A stretch of DNA of 64,000 bases from Octopus vulgaris (lineage: Eukaryota): the NCBI GenBank assembly GCA_951406725.2, contig OX597822.1, positions 99,944,001 through 100,008,000 on the forward strand, written 5' to 3'. Under the pieces are notes generated by a model that did not search any database, was not told the origin of the DNA, and saw only the letters and a program-made list of their open reading frames with translations. The position numbers were made by a program, and so were the translations under genes. Shown piece by piece: positions 51,582 to 64,000 of this stretch (position 1 is the stretch's first letter; every line of letters begins with the position of its first letter).

Positions 51582-51971
51582 GTGGAGGCGCAATGGCCCA
51601 GTGGTTAGGGCAGCGGACTCGTGGTCGTAGGATCGCGGTTTCAATTCCCAGACTGGGCGTTGTGAGTGTTTATTGAGCGAAAACACCTAAAGCTCCACGA
51701 GGCTCCGGCAGGGGATGGTGGTGATCCCTGCTGTACTCTTTCACCACAACTTTCTCTCACTCTTACTTCCTGTTTCTGTTGTACTTGTATTTCAAAAAGC
51801 CGGCCTTGTCACTCTCTGTGTCACGCTGAATATCCCCGAGAACTGCGTTAAGGGTGCACGTGTCTGTGGAGTGCTCAGCCACTTACACGTTAATTTCACA
51901 AGCAGGCTGTTCCGTTGATCGGATCAACCAGAACCCTCATCGTCGTAACCGACGGAGTGCTTCCATCCATC
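51582..51971 (+). mobile_element. SINE family C, tail type 2
   Basis: 12-bp TSD aatccattcaca (51570-51581 and 51972-51983). Confidence 0.9.
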
Positions 51972-52137
51972 AATCCATTCACATTCAGATTATTCTAACA
52001 AATATAATGCTTATTTATTCACATTGTTTGGAATTGGTCATACACTATTTCATAGTTCAGTCGGCGTAAAACAGTAAATGGCTAAGCCAGACCTTTAAAT
52101 TAAAACTACAGTTCACCTGGCAGTATTCTATCTCGAT

Positions 52138-52370
52138 TAAGGCGGCGAGCTGGCAGAAACGTTAGTACGCCGGGCGAAATGCTTAGCAGTATTTCGTCTG
52201 CGTTACGTTGTGAGTTCAAATTCCACCGAGGTCGACTTTGCCTTTCATCCTTTCGGGGTCGATAAATTAAGTACCAGTTACGCACTGGGGTCGATGTAAT
52301 CAACTTAATACCTATGTCTGTCCTTGTTTGTCCCCTCTGTGTTTAGCCCCTTGTGGGTAATAAAGAAATA
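52138..52370 (+). mobile_element. SINE family A (Nin/Deu-like core), young full-length copy
   Basis: 16-bp TSD agtattctatctcgat; core gtcgactttgcctttcatcctttcggggtcgataaattaagtaccag. Confidence 0.9.
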
Positions 52371-52931
52371 AGTATTCTATCTCGATCTCGCCAGTTTCTC
52401 TTATAAATAAAATAGTCTTTCATTTTGATGGCGTGGTTGTATATTTTTAGAATAACATTGTAGAATAGGTGTGAAAGGCTAGATCTGGCCAGTTTGAACA
52501 TAAACCAGGTAGAATATTTGGAGTGGATATGGCTGGTTTAAATACAAAAGGGTTAAAGAAATTATAAACCATTTTAACAGTTTTTCACCAGATGTTACCA
52601 AATTAGATTGACGTTCAGTCACACAATCTACATTTGACAAATTAGCTTTCCAATTATATACACATATTGTTTATAGAATATATATAACTGATAAAACATA
52701 CAAAAGTATACAATAGACATACTAACACCTTTCCGGAGTTTTTTTTCATCAACTCCATTGATGAGAATAAATATTTTGACAACATTCCCACATCAATGAT
52801 TGAAATAATTTAAATCTAGTATTGTCAGTTATTTTTGTATCTAAAATAGCTTCTACTACGAACAGTTCATGTCTCTTTTATAGCCTTAATCACCTATTGG
52901 TATTACAAAACCATACTACCTACATTATACT

Positions 52932-53318
52932 GTGGAGGCACAATGGCCCAGTGGTTAGGGCAGCAGACTCGCGGTCGTAGGATCGCGGTTTCGATTCCCA
53001 GACCGGGCGTTGTGAGTGCTTATTGAGCGAAAACACCTAAAGCTCCACGAGGCTCCGGCAGGGGATGGTGGTGATCCCTGCTGTACTCTTTCACCACAAC
53101 TTTCTTTTACTCTTACCTCCTGTTTCTGTTGTACCTGTATTTCAAAGGGCCGGCCTTGTCACTCTCGGTCTCACGCTAAATATCCCCGAGAACTACGTTA
53201 AGGGTGCATGTGTCTGTGGAGTGCTCAGCCACTTACACGTTAATTTCACGAGCAGGCTGTTCCGTTGATTCGGATCAACCGGAACCCTCATCGTTGTAAC
53301 CGACGGAGTGCTTCCACA
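52932..53318 (+). mobile_element. SINE family C, tail type 2
   Basis: Closely similar to 51582-51971. Confidence 0.9.
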
Positions 53319-53917
53319 CCACTTTGAACAAGAAGAATATTTGGCACAGATATGGCCAGTTTGAGTACTAAAGGGTTAGATTACTTTAGAGTAAGAAATT
53401 GGTAACATAGACCTAGGGCCAGTCTCATGTTTGTATTAAAAGAGTTAACAGGACTTATCCAACAGTATATACCTGACCCCTTTCTCTCAAACTTTCATGG
53501 ATCTTCTGCATTCAAAGCCTATGTCTAAACTACGAGTACTATATAAAGTGCCTAACCTGAATATATCATCTCTTTGAGGACTCGAGTTTTGTAAACATTT
53601 TTAATTACCATTATGGATTGTACTAGATTGGATCACCTATATTCAGTCCACTGCAGGACGAAGGCCTCAGCATGTTCTTTCTACAAACCACAGTCTAATG
53701 CGATGGCTGTGAACTTGAGCTTGAGATCATACTGGTTTGAGAGCCTAAACTGCCACACTAGCTTGACAAGACCTGGCAGAAGGGTGCAGTTTTTATACTT
53801 TTACCCAAAAGTAATTAAGTCAATTACACTGACCCCAGTACTCAACATTGCCATCAGAATACAGGACTAGATATTGTTGCAGTTTGGGCTTCAAAGGCCC
53901 ACAGCTCTTCAATATCC

Positions 53918-54141
53918 GTTTCTTTATTACCCACAAGGGGCTAAACACAGAGGGGACAAACAAGGACAGACAAACGGACTAAGTCGATTACATCGACCCA
54001 GTGCATAACTGGTACTTAATTTATTGACCATGAAAGGCAAAGTCAACCTCGGCAGAATTTGAACTCAGAACGTAACGGCAGACGAAATACGGCTACGCAT
54101 TTTGCCCGGCGTGCTAACGTTTCTACCAGCTCGCCGCCTTA
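53918..54141 (-). mobile_element. SINE family A
   Basis: Reverse complement of 52138-52370. Confidence 0.88.
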
Positions 54142-54378
54142 TATTTCAAGAAATACCATGAATGTTGTCACTAATTTCAGATTGTATTTTGTGAAAGAGT
54201 CACACTAGCTGTGAGGTTAAAGTACTTGACCATTGTCCACCTAGACAAAGGTACAAATTTTACAACAAGCACTGTATCGTACCCATAAGCAAGGCATATA
54301 ACTCTGCTGATTCCAGTCTGCCTAACTCATGCACTCTTCAGAGTGTAAGAGTAAAAGGAGACACCAAACCAGTCATGT

Positions 54379-54607
54379 TTAACCCTTTAGCATTTAAACC
54401 GGCCAAATCTGGCCAAAAGTATTCAGCCTGTTTTATGTTCAAACTGACCAGATCTGGTCTCTCACACCAACCCTACAATATCGTTTTAAAAATTAACTGC
54501 TACCTCATCAAAATCTCACAGCTACAAGATAATGCATGATTAGTTCAAAATAGTATGGAAGAAAAAGCATTAATTTTAGCAGAATAATGTGAACACTAAA
54601 GAGTTAA
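54379..54607 (-). mobile_element. MITE family 2
   Basis: TTAA-flanked reverse copy. Confidence 0.88.
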
Positions 54608-54748
54608 GGAACAGAGACAATTATAGTAGTCATCATCATCACTTTAACATCCACTTTTCTTTGCTTATATGGGTCAGATGGAATTTATTATAACAGATTT
54701 TCTTTGACCTAATGCCCTTCTTGTAGCTAATCCTCATGTTTCCAAGGT

Positions 54749-55030
54749 CAATCAACAAATTCCCAGACACAAAATTTTAAACATAATTTTAAAAATACAC
54801 ATACATTAATACATTTTAATACAGACCAATAGAGCTATATATATAAAAGTACTTTTTTACCTTATTTACACCTCAAATATTTTTACATTCTTTTAATCTA
54901 TACTTTTATCTATATATTTATATGTGGTACTTTTATATATATAAATCTATTGATCTGTATTAAAATGTATTGATGTACTTGTATTTTTTAAAATACATTA
55001 AAAATTTTGCATCTGGGAATTTGTTGATTG
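54749..55030. repeat. Foldback with ~105-bp arms
   Basis: caatcaacaaattcccaga...tatatatataaaagtac is inverted relative to gtacttttatatatata...tctgggaatttgttgattg. Confidence 0.85.
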
Positions 55031-55169
55031 GCCTACATTTTGTTTCTGAATTTTCCCTCCCAGATTAATTTTAATGTATCTACTGAAACATATATGTCGG
55101 TGATTTGAATAACATCTTGTGCATTTGTCTCCATTCTCCATTTCTCTCTCCCTCTCTCTCTATATATAT

Positions 55170-55590
55170 AGGCGCAGGAGTGGCTGTGTGGTAAGTAGCT
55201 TGCCTACCAACTACATGGTTCTGGGTTCAGTCCCACTGTGTGACATCTTGGGCAAGTGTCTTCTGCTATAGCCCCGGGCCGACCAATGCCTTGTGAGTGG
55301 ATTTGGTAGATGGAAACTGAAAGAAGCCTGTCGTATATATGTATATATATGTATGTATGTGTATGTATATGTTTGTGTGTCTGTGTTTGTCCCTCTAGCA
55401 TTGCTTGACAACCGATGCTGGTGTGTTTACGTCCCCGTAACTTAGCGGTTCAGCAAAAGAGACCGATAGAATAAGTACTGGGCTTACAAAGAATAAGTCC
55501 CGGGGTCGATTTGCTTGACTAAAGGCGGTGCTCCAGCATGGCCGCAGTCAAATGACTGAAACAAGTAAAAGAGAAAAAGAGTAAAGAGTA
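55170..55590 (+). mobile_element. SINE family B, full length
   Basis: Matches 28370-28796. Confidence 0.92.
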
Positions 55591-55594
55591 TAGG

Positions 55595-56870
55595 GTGCCA
55601 AGAACACCATCCGAGCGTGATCGTTGCCAGAGCAGCCAACTGGCTTCCGTACCCATGGCACGTAAAAGGGCACCATTCGAGCATGATCGTTACCAACGTC
55701 GCTTCACTGGCACCTGTGTCGGTGGCTCGTGTAAAAAGATTCGAGCAAGGTCATTGCCAGTACCGCCTGACTGGCCCCCGTGCAGGTGGCATGTAAAAAG
55801 CACCCACTACACTCTCGGAGTGGTTGGCGTTAGGAAGGGCATCCAGCTGTAGAAACTCTGCCAGATCAAGACTGGAGCCTGGTGCAGCCATCTGGTTCGC
55901 CAGCCCTCAGTCAAAACTGTCCAACCCATGCTAGCATGGAAACCGGACGTTAAACAATGATGATGATGATATATATATATATACATAAGTCAAATCGTAG
56001 ATGTGGCTGATGCTGGCGTCATGTAACTGGCATGTAAAAAGCACCTTTCAAGTGTTGGGCCTTACAGAGGCAAAGTGGCTGATGCCAGTGGCATGTAAAA
56101 AGCACCTTTCGAATATTAAGCCTCACAGAGGCAATGATGAATGAACGAGACATTTGGCATTATGCCGTGCTTGAGAAGAAGACCCATCAAGCCAAGTAAA
56201 ATTGCAATCATGACAGATACTGGTGTCACACAAATAGCACCTGTGCTGGTGGCATATAAAAGCACCTATTACACTCTCAAAGTCGTTGGCATTAAGAAGA
56301 GCATCCAGCAATAGAAACCATGCCAAATCAGACTGGAATCTGGCACAGCCTTCCAACTTGCCAGACCTGATCAAACCATCCAACTCATGCCAACATGGAT
56401 AATGGATGTTAAACAACGATGATGATGATATATGTATCGTCATCATCATCATTTTCATTTAACGTCTGCTTTCCATGGGTTGCATGGTTTGACTAAGAAT
56501 TGGCAAGCCGGGAGGCTGCACCAGACTCCAGTCTAATTTGGCAAGGTTTCTACAGCTGGAGGCCCTTCCTAACACAACCCACTCTGAGAGTGTAGTGAGT
56601 GCTTTTACATACCACCAGCACAAGAGCCAGTCAGACAGCACTGGCATTGGCCATGCTCAAATTGTGCTGTTTATGTGCCACCGGCACAGTTGCCAGTCAG
56701 GTAGCACAAGCATCAGCCATGCTTGAATAGTGCCTTTTATGTGCCACTGGTACGGGTGCCAGCCAGGTGGCACTGACATTGACCATGCTCGCATGGTGCA
56801 TTTTACATGCCAGCGACACAGGTGCCCACGCTCAAATGATGCACTTTACATGCCACCAGCACAGGTACCA
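55595..56870. mobile_element. Cluster of three RTE-tail elements (55595-55970 +, ~55990-56428 +, ~56438-56870 -)
   Basis: Array cores and (gat)n/(cat)n ends; the last two elements are tail-to-tail. Confidence 0.82.
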
Positions 56871-57129
56871 GTCAGCCTTGCTCGAATTTCATCCTTAATT
56901 GCTTTATCTACCAAGGTACTGTCAATTCAGATAGCTGGTCCCTCTGTTGGGTTGACATTTGGAAATCTCTCTTTCTCTCATTCATTCTCTTCATTTAGTA
57001 ACCTTGCATAGTGGTATCTCCAGGTCTCTCTCTTTTTTGCAGCATCATTAAATGCAAGTGACCCATCAACCATAAATATATACACATATACAAATATATG
57101 TATATATATACACACATACATAGATATGT

Positions 57130-58440
57130 ATTGGGTTGTCAGAGAAATTGATTCAATTCGTTTGTAATGATAATTGAATTAATGTGCAAAATATTTTTAT
57201 TAGAGTTTTATTGATTTATACATTATTATTTTTTTTTTTTTTTTTGTAGCTGCAACTTCATCATTTTTTAAAATTTGAAACAAATTTTACCTCTTTTCAG
57301 ACATACAGCAATGGAGTGCCAAGTAGAAAAACAATGAACATTTTTGACACCTGCTTCTAAATTTGCCCAGGCCACTGGAAGTATTTATGCTATGTATGGA
57401 GAAGCTGCTATTATTGAAAAAAAAACTGCACAGAAGTGGGGGGGGGGGTTCAAGGAAGAAATTCACTCTTACAGATTCTCCACATTCCAGCAATCATGTT
57501 CAGTTCAATGAAGACTGATTGAATAATCTCATCCATGAGGATCCATATCAATTTACAAGGGAACTGACCCAGCAGATGGGATGCTCTTATGATATCATTG
57601 TCCATCACTGTCACACCATTGAGTAAGGTCCAAATGATATGACTGGCAACACTTCATCTTTCTTCCTCATGCCCATGCTGCTAATTTGACCAAAAATGCA
57701 GATCTTTAAACGGCAGTTTTTAACATAATTTCTAGGTAACTAAAAAATTTTAAACTTCGTATACTGGTAGAATGTGTTTATAAAACATGTTTTCTCTTGG
57801 CTTTATTGAGAAAATTCTATAGTTTGTAAGATATTTGTTGTTTTTTTTTCTTCAATTTCTGCAATTTCAACCAATCAATGATGTCCATTGAGGTAAAAGA
57901 AACATTCTGTACCATATGAATATATCCCTCGTTTAAGAAACAGATTGGGTTTATTTACATTTCTGAAGAAAAAAGATACCCCACCCCTAACCCTAAAATA
58001 GATTGAAATGCAATAGATCGATACTAGGGTCATAATTACGGGTGACAATTTCATATGACACCGCTAGAAAAAACTGCCATTCAAACCGAAAAGATCCAAA
58101 AATGCTATTCAAGAGCTTGGTTTGGAAGCTCTACTGCACCCTCTGCATTTTCCTGATATAGGTGATAATCTGAAGATTATCACCTTTATGTTTTTTTTAT
58201 CTCTCCCCAACAGTCTGTAAGGTGTTTTGTTCAACAACCACTTAGAGTTGAAAATGTGGCTCAATGAATTCTTCAAGGCAAGATGATTCCAACCGTCAAG
58301 GCATTGACAAATTAGTGGAACATTGGCAAGAAGTCGTGAATGATGAAGGAAAATACAATTATCGAGTGATCTAAAATTGCTAAACAAAAGCTGAAATAAA
58401 TGGGAAGAAAAAAATGAAGAAATCTATCAAACAACCCAAT
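57130..58440 (+). mobile_element. Decayed, internally deleted mariner element
   Basis: Ends attgggttgt / acaacccaat. Remnants include MECQVEK, LIHEDPYQFTREL, PHAANLTK|NAIQELG, HPLHFPD (YSPDL-like), DYHL and GIDKLVEHWQEVVNDEGKY. Confidence 0.85.
57700..58097. mobile_element. Non-autonomous TIR element nested in the mariner, 8-9-bp TSD
   Basis: gatcttt..aacggcagttttt / aaaaactgccattc..aaagatc; (c)aaaaatgc is duplicated on both sides. Confidence 0.8.
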
Positions 58441-58454
58441 GTATATATACACAC

Positions 58455-58873
58455 AGTGGCTGTGTGGTAAGTAGCTTGCTAACCAACCACATGGTTCTGG
58501 GTTCAGTCCCACTGCATGGCACCTTTGGCAAGTGTCTTCTGCTATAGCCCCGAGCTGACCAAATGCCTTGTGAGTGGATTTGGTAGACGGAAACTGAAAG
58601 AAGCCTGTCGTATATATGTATATATATATATATATATATATGTGTCTGTGTGTGTTTGTGTGTCTGTGTTTGTCCCCCTAGCATTGCTTGACAACCGATG
58701 CTGGTGTGTTTACGTCCCCGTCACTTAGCGGTTCGGCATAAGAGACCGATAGAATAAGTACTGGGCTTACAAAGAATAAGTCCCGGGGTCGATTTGCTCG
58801 ACTAAAGGTGGTGCTCCAGCATGGCCACAGTCAAATGACTATAACAAGTAAAAGAGTAAAGAGTAAAAGAGTA
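58455..58873 (+). mobile_element. SINE family B
   Basis: Matches 28370-28796. Confidence 0.9.
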
Positions 58874-58967
58874 ATACCTTGCTTAGAAACTGGTGAGAAT
58901 ATCTAGCCATAGAAAATCTCTCTCAGTAAATTCTGTCTAACCCATGATGATGATGATGAATGGCAGA

Positions 58968-59191
58968 AATGGCAGAAACGTTAGCACGCCGGACGAAATG
59001 CGTAGCCGTATTTCGTCTGACGTTACGTTCTGAGTTCAAATTCCGCCGAGGTCGACTTTGCCTTTCATCCTTTCGGGGTCGATTAAATAAGTACCAGTTA
59101 CGCACTGGGGTCGATATAATCGACTTTATCCGTTTGTCTGTCCTAGTTTGTCCTCTCTGTGTTTAGCCCCTTGTGGGTAGTAAAGAAATAG
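58968..59191 (+). mobile_element. SINE family A, CpG-intact
   Basis: Matches 52138-52370. Confidence 0.9.
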
Positions 59192-59677
59192 ATATGGCCG
59201 AATGGTCAAGAAGTTTCCCTTGCAACCGTGAGGTCATGCGTTCAATCCTAATACACAGCATCTTAGACAAACGTCTGTTTTTTTGGTTTTTTTTTACAGT
59301 TTCAGATCAAACCATACCATGTGAGTTCAATGAAATCCTCTGAAACTATAATGAAGCCCATTGGGTAGATAGTACTTGTTATTCAAAAAGGGAGCCTTGT
59401 CATGGAGAGTCATGATGACTGTGTCTGAATATTAAGGTTAAGGGAGCACATGTCTGCCGAATGCAGACGTAAATTCAGTCTATCAAATAACATAATCCTC
59501 AACGTCGAAATCGATAGAAACCCTTCATTGTTTCGATCTAACTATAAAAATTCATACGAAAAATCTATAATAAAAAGGTAAAACTGAAACATGGTCGTGT
59601 ATTTCAATGAAACATGTATAAAAAGAAAAATCATTCATCCACCCACACAGCGAACACGTGGGCGTGTGTGGGTGGCT

Positions 59678-60275
<598 letters not shown>

Positions 60276-60865
60276 TCTATCAAGAAAAACAGAGGGATCC
60301 GTCGCCATACGCTCAAACACACGTAATTTTCATACATACATGACTCACACACGCACAGCTACCCAGATTTAACTATGCCGGTAGACGAGTCAGTTTACAA
60401 ACATGCACAGAAGTTAAATAAAACTTCTGTATAAAATTATGTAACATAACTAAAGATTTTTATTATTATTATTATTATTATTTTTACTATTGAATAAGAC
60501 GTCACCGCAGTATGATGAATGAACTTAATTCATTCATCAGTCTAGTAGTTGTTAGTGTGATGGGGGGCGGCGGGGTTACCGTCGGAGCAATATGTCAGTA
60601 GGTCACGTCGGTAATGAATGTTGTGAGAAAATATAAAGAAATGCACGCACAATTATTATTATTGCGATTCTTCTTCTTCTTCTTATTATTATTATTAACA
60701 TTATCGGCATTATCGTCAACATCACTAGCATTGTCATCTTTCTTTGCTTTCTTCGTGTATCAGCGATAAATCTAAACAAAAAGCGGGGTTGTTTTTTTTC
60801 TCTCTTGACAAAAAAAGATTTTATTTCATTTACGAAATATGTGTATCTCTCTCTCTGTATGCATG

Positions 60866-60913
<48 letters not shown>

Positions 60914-60998
60914 TACAATTGTTTGTTTGTACTCCACCTGCCTTCGTCTTTTGTTTATTTTCATAAAGCTTCCCGTTATATATATATATATATACCTA

Positions 60999-61094
60999 TA
61001 AAGTTAATCCAAACAAGAAAGCACAAAAAAACACAACAACGCGAGGACGTGGAACAAATATAGTATTATTGGACGCTCAGGAAAGAAGGAGGGT

Positions 61095-61095
<1 letters not shown>
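60999..61095 (-). mobile_element. Short element end abutting (TA)n; also at 18871-18947 and 36589-36665
   Basis: aagttaatccaaacaagaaagcac...gaggacgtggaacaaatatagtattattggacgctca. Confidence 0.7.
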
Positions 61096-61126
<31 letters not shown>

Positions 61127-61176
61127 CAGACAGTAGAGATAGATAGATAGATAGATGTGTGTGGATATGTATATAG

Positions 61177-61243
<67 letters not shown>

Positions 61244-61257
61244 GATAGATAGATAGA

Positions 61258-61689
61258 TGGCAATCTTTCGTCTCTAGTAGACCTTTCTGTCGATTTCCGT
61301 AAAAAAAATTTTTTTTTTTTTTACATATGGGCTTGCGGGAACTTTTGAAGTAATGAGAGCGAAAGAGACTAAAAGAAAGCGATTTTATGACGAGGGAAGT
61401 TCTTTTGAAGTTACCGTGCATGGCAAGCATTGATGTATATGTGTGTGTGTGTGTGTTTGATGGGGTGTGGGAGACAGACAGTATGTTGTGTAAGTGAAGT
61501 GCTTCTGTTAGTGTGTGCGAAGAGACAGAGAGAGTAATGTGTGAAAGAAAGAGATAACTGGAATGTTTTACTCGGTGTATGTGTATATGTATGTATATTA
61601 CTTCAAAAGTTCCGGCAAGCCCATATGTAAAAAGAAAATATTTTTTACGGAAATCGACGGAAAGGTCTACTAGAGACGAAAGATCGCCA
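61258..61689. mobile_element. Non-autonomous TIR element with ~95-bp TIRs inside a (GATA)n tract
   Basis: 61258-61354 is the reverse complement of 61597-61689. Confidence 0.88.
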
Positions 61690-62104
61690 GATAGACAGAT
61701 AGATATTATTTGGGAAAAATAGATTTTAAAATGGCATGTAATTCACCAAAGCAGGGACACACACACACATTTAAGTCTAACAACATGCTTTTACAAATGC
61801 AGTACTTGGACATATTGTCAGTGTTGTATCCTGAGGTCATTGAGTGTTTTGGGTCTTCCAACGTAAACCCTGACTGATCTACGCGACCCGGCCTCGGTTG
61901 ATCAACCCAAGCGGCATTCTACAGACATGCCAATCACCTCCAGAACCATATAATATAGATATTATACACGAATGTGGTGTACGATATAAGAAAGAGGGAG
62001 AAGCAGAGAGAGAGAGGGGAAGAGACTTGACACTAATGAAAACGTGTTAAATGTTTACTTTGAATGAAAGAAAACTGAACTATTATTACGTTGAATAGTC
62101 GACC

Positions 62105-62533
62105 AAATTATATCAAATTTCGAGGGAAGGGAACTTCTAGATCTGCTAAAAATAACAGCCAAATATCGCTTAAAACACATCCTACTGTTTTAAGTATCAT
62201 AGATAGCGTAGTCTTAAATACACTATATGGAAATATAAAAAATAACGGGATGGTCACCACTCGGAAGGTCTTTGATCGGGCTAACTAGGGACTAAGCAGC
62301 AACTATCAGGTTTCAACTTGTGAAATTATATCAAATTTCGAGGGAAGGGAACTTCTAGATCTGCTAAAAATAACAGCCAAATATCGCTTAAAACACATCC
62401 TACTGTTTTAAGTATCAAAGACAGCGTAGTCTGAAAATTAAAAAAATAACGGGATGGTCACCACTCGGAAGGTCTTTGATCGGGCTAACCAGGGACTAAG
62501 CAGCAACTATTAGGTTTCAACATGTGAAATTAT
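62105..62533 (+). repeat. Tandem duplication of a ~210-bp segment
   Basis: 62105-62322 and 62323-62526 are nearly identical apart from a short indel. Confidence 0.92.
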
Positions 62534-62749
62534 CACAACATGGTATAATGTCAACGCACCACGTGCATTGACGACAAGAATATATTTTTCAACTATCTTC
62601 GTAACCAAATGTTCTTTTTTCATTCTTTCTTTCATTCCAACCGAAATCAAGCGAATAGCGGGCAACGACCAGACGACGGATTCCGAAAGTAGTTGCTAGA
62701 CACGTTAATAGGATTTTTAATTCAAATAACAAAAAAAAAAAAAAAAAAG

Positions 62750-63166
62750 AGCGTAGGAGTGGCTGTGTGGTAAGTAGCTTGCTAACCAACCACACGGTTG
62801 CGGGTTCAGTCCCACTGCGTGGCATCTTGGGCAAGTGTCTTCTGCTATAGCCCCGGGCCGACCAATGCCTTGTGAGTGGATTTGGTAGACGGAAACTGAA
62901 AGAAGCCTGTCGTATATATGTATATATATATATGTGTGTGTGTGTTTGTGTGTCTGTGTTTGTCCCCCCTAGCATTGCTTGACAACCGATGCTGGTGTGT
63001 TTACATCCCCGTCACTTAGCGGTTCGGCAAAAGAGACCGATAGAATAAGTACTGGGCTTACAAAGAATAAGTACCGGGGTCGATTTGCTCGACTAAAGGC
63101 GGTGCTCCAGCATGGCCGCAGTCAAATGACTGAAACAAGTAAAAGAGTAAAAAAAGAAAAGAGTAA
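62750..63166 (+). mobile_element. SINE family B, CpG-intact
   Basis: Matches 28370-28796. Confidence 0.92.
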
Positions 63167-64000
63167 AATGTAACAAAATTTGACCGATTCTGTAGGATGA
63201 CATCCTCAATATATATTAACGGAACTTAAAACTTTCCCTCTCGGTTGTGAGTTCAGATTGTACCGAATTCCGGAGAACCTTTCGTGCACGAGATAAACCC
63301 ATTCAGTTTGATCGGGGAAGAATTGTACGTTTTTAGTACAAAAACTAGCCTAGCGCCTAGTCGAAAGGAATCGATAAGAAGCAGCTGTAATTATGACTGA
63401 CGGTAAATGTTCCAAATAAGAAGCCTCTGTATGGTCGCTTGACCTACTAGAAACAGCAGCTAAATCACAGTTGACTTACGCGTTATTTTCCTACAAAACA
63501 ACACACACACATACACGCACACACTGGACAATGTAATCTAAGATGCACCTTAAGACAGAATGGTGGCGATTTCAGCGCTGTCTTTGATCTGAAGACAATA
63601 GATAGAGATGGGATATGAAAAGAAACCGATTGCTTTTGAGTTCAAATTGGAACCTGGAAGCTTCTAAAATCTTTCTTGGGAGAGAATTGATAATTTAGGA
63701 ACAGCGAAAATTCTCCAACCGGGATTTGAAACCTAATCAACCTCCTTTCGCCGAGGGTGTTTTACCTCCTCCTCCTCTTCATCTAAAGAAAGTAGGTAGA
63801 ATAAATGGAATTCTGGAAACAAAGGAAAGAATTAGGCCGATTGATGAAAAAAAGATTAATTATATAACTGAAAGAACACGATCGAATATAACCGTTAGAA
63901 AATACACGAGTTCTTCTCTAGCAGGAATTGCTAGATTGCATCACAGATGAAAATACAACCTGTATATAACATGATGTACAATATGAAAGAACTCAGCGAC

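Noticed and set aside
57983-57998. Interstitial telomere
   Set aside because: Only two ccctaa units, and they are internal to a TIR element.

Overview
AT-rich, repeat-dense animal DNA with no recognisable host protein-coding exon. The repeat families and microsatellite load suggest an octopus (coleoid cephalopod) intron or intergenic region; that assignment is inference from recalled repeat families. The window contains at least four tRNA-derived SINE families, two TTAA-flanked MITE families and many (TA)n/(GATA)n tracts. It also holds decayed fragments of RTE, CR1-like, L1/Tx1-like and RLE-type LINEs, Penelope-like elements (PLE), a Helitron and a mariner. Almost every ORF in the supplied track is a microsatellite or SINE artefact. 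The most interesting signals are at the RNA-structure level. (1) Three type I hammerhead ribozyme folds sit in unrelated repeats and show three different Watson-Crick pairs at core positions 3:8 (C:G, U:A, G:C). (2) Several long foldback elements occur, and one family brackets a lone GIY-YIG nuclease ORF. (3) The RTE 3' tail carries a variable-copy array of a hairpin plus putative pseudoknot unit. Coordinates of decayed repeats are approximate and were read by eye; nothing was computed or searched.
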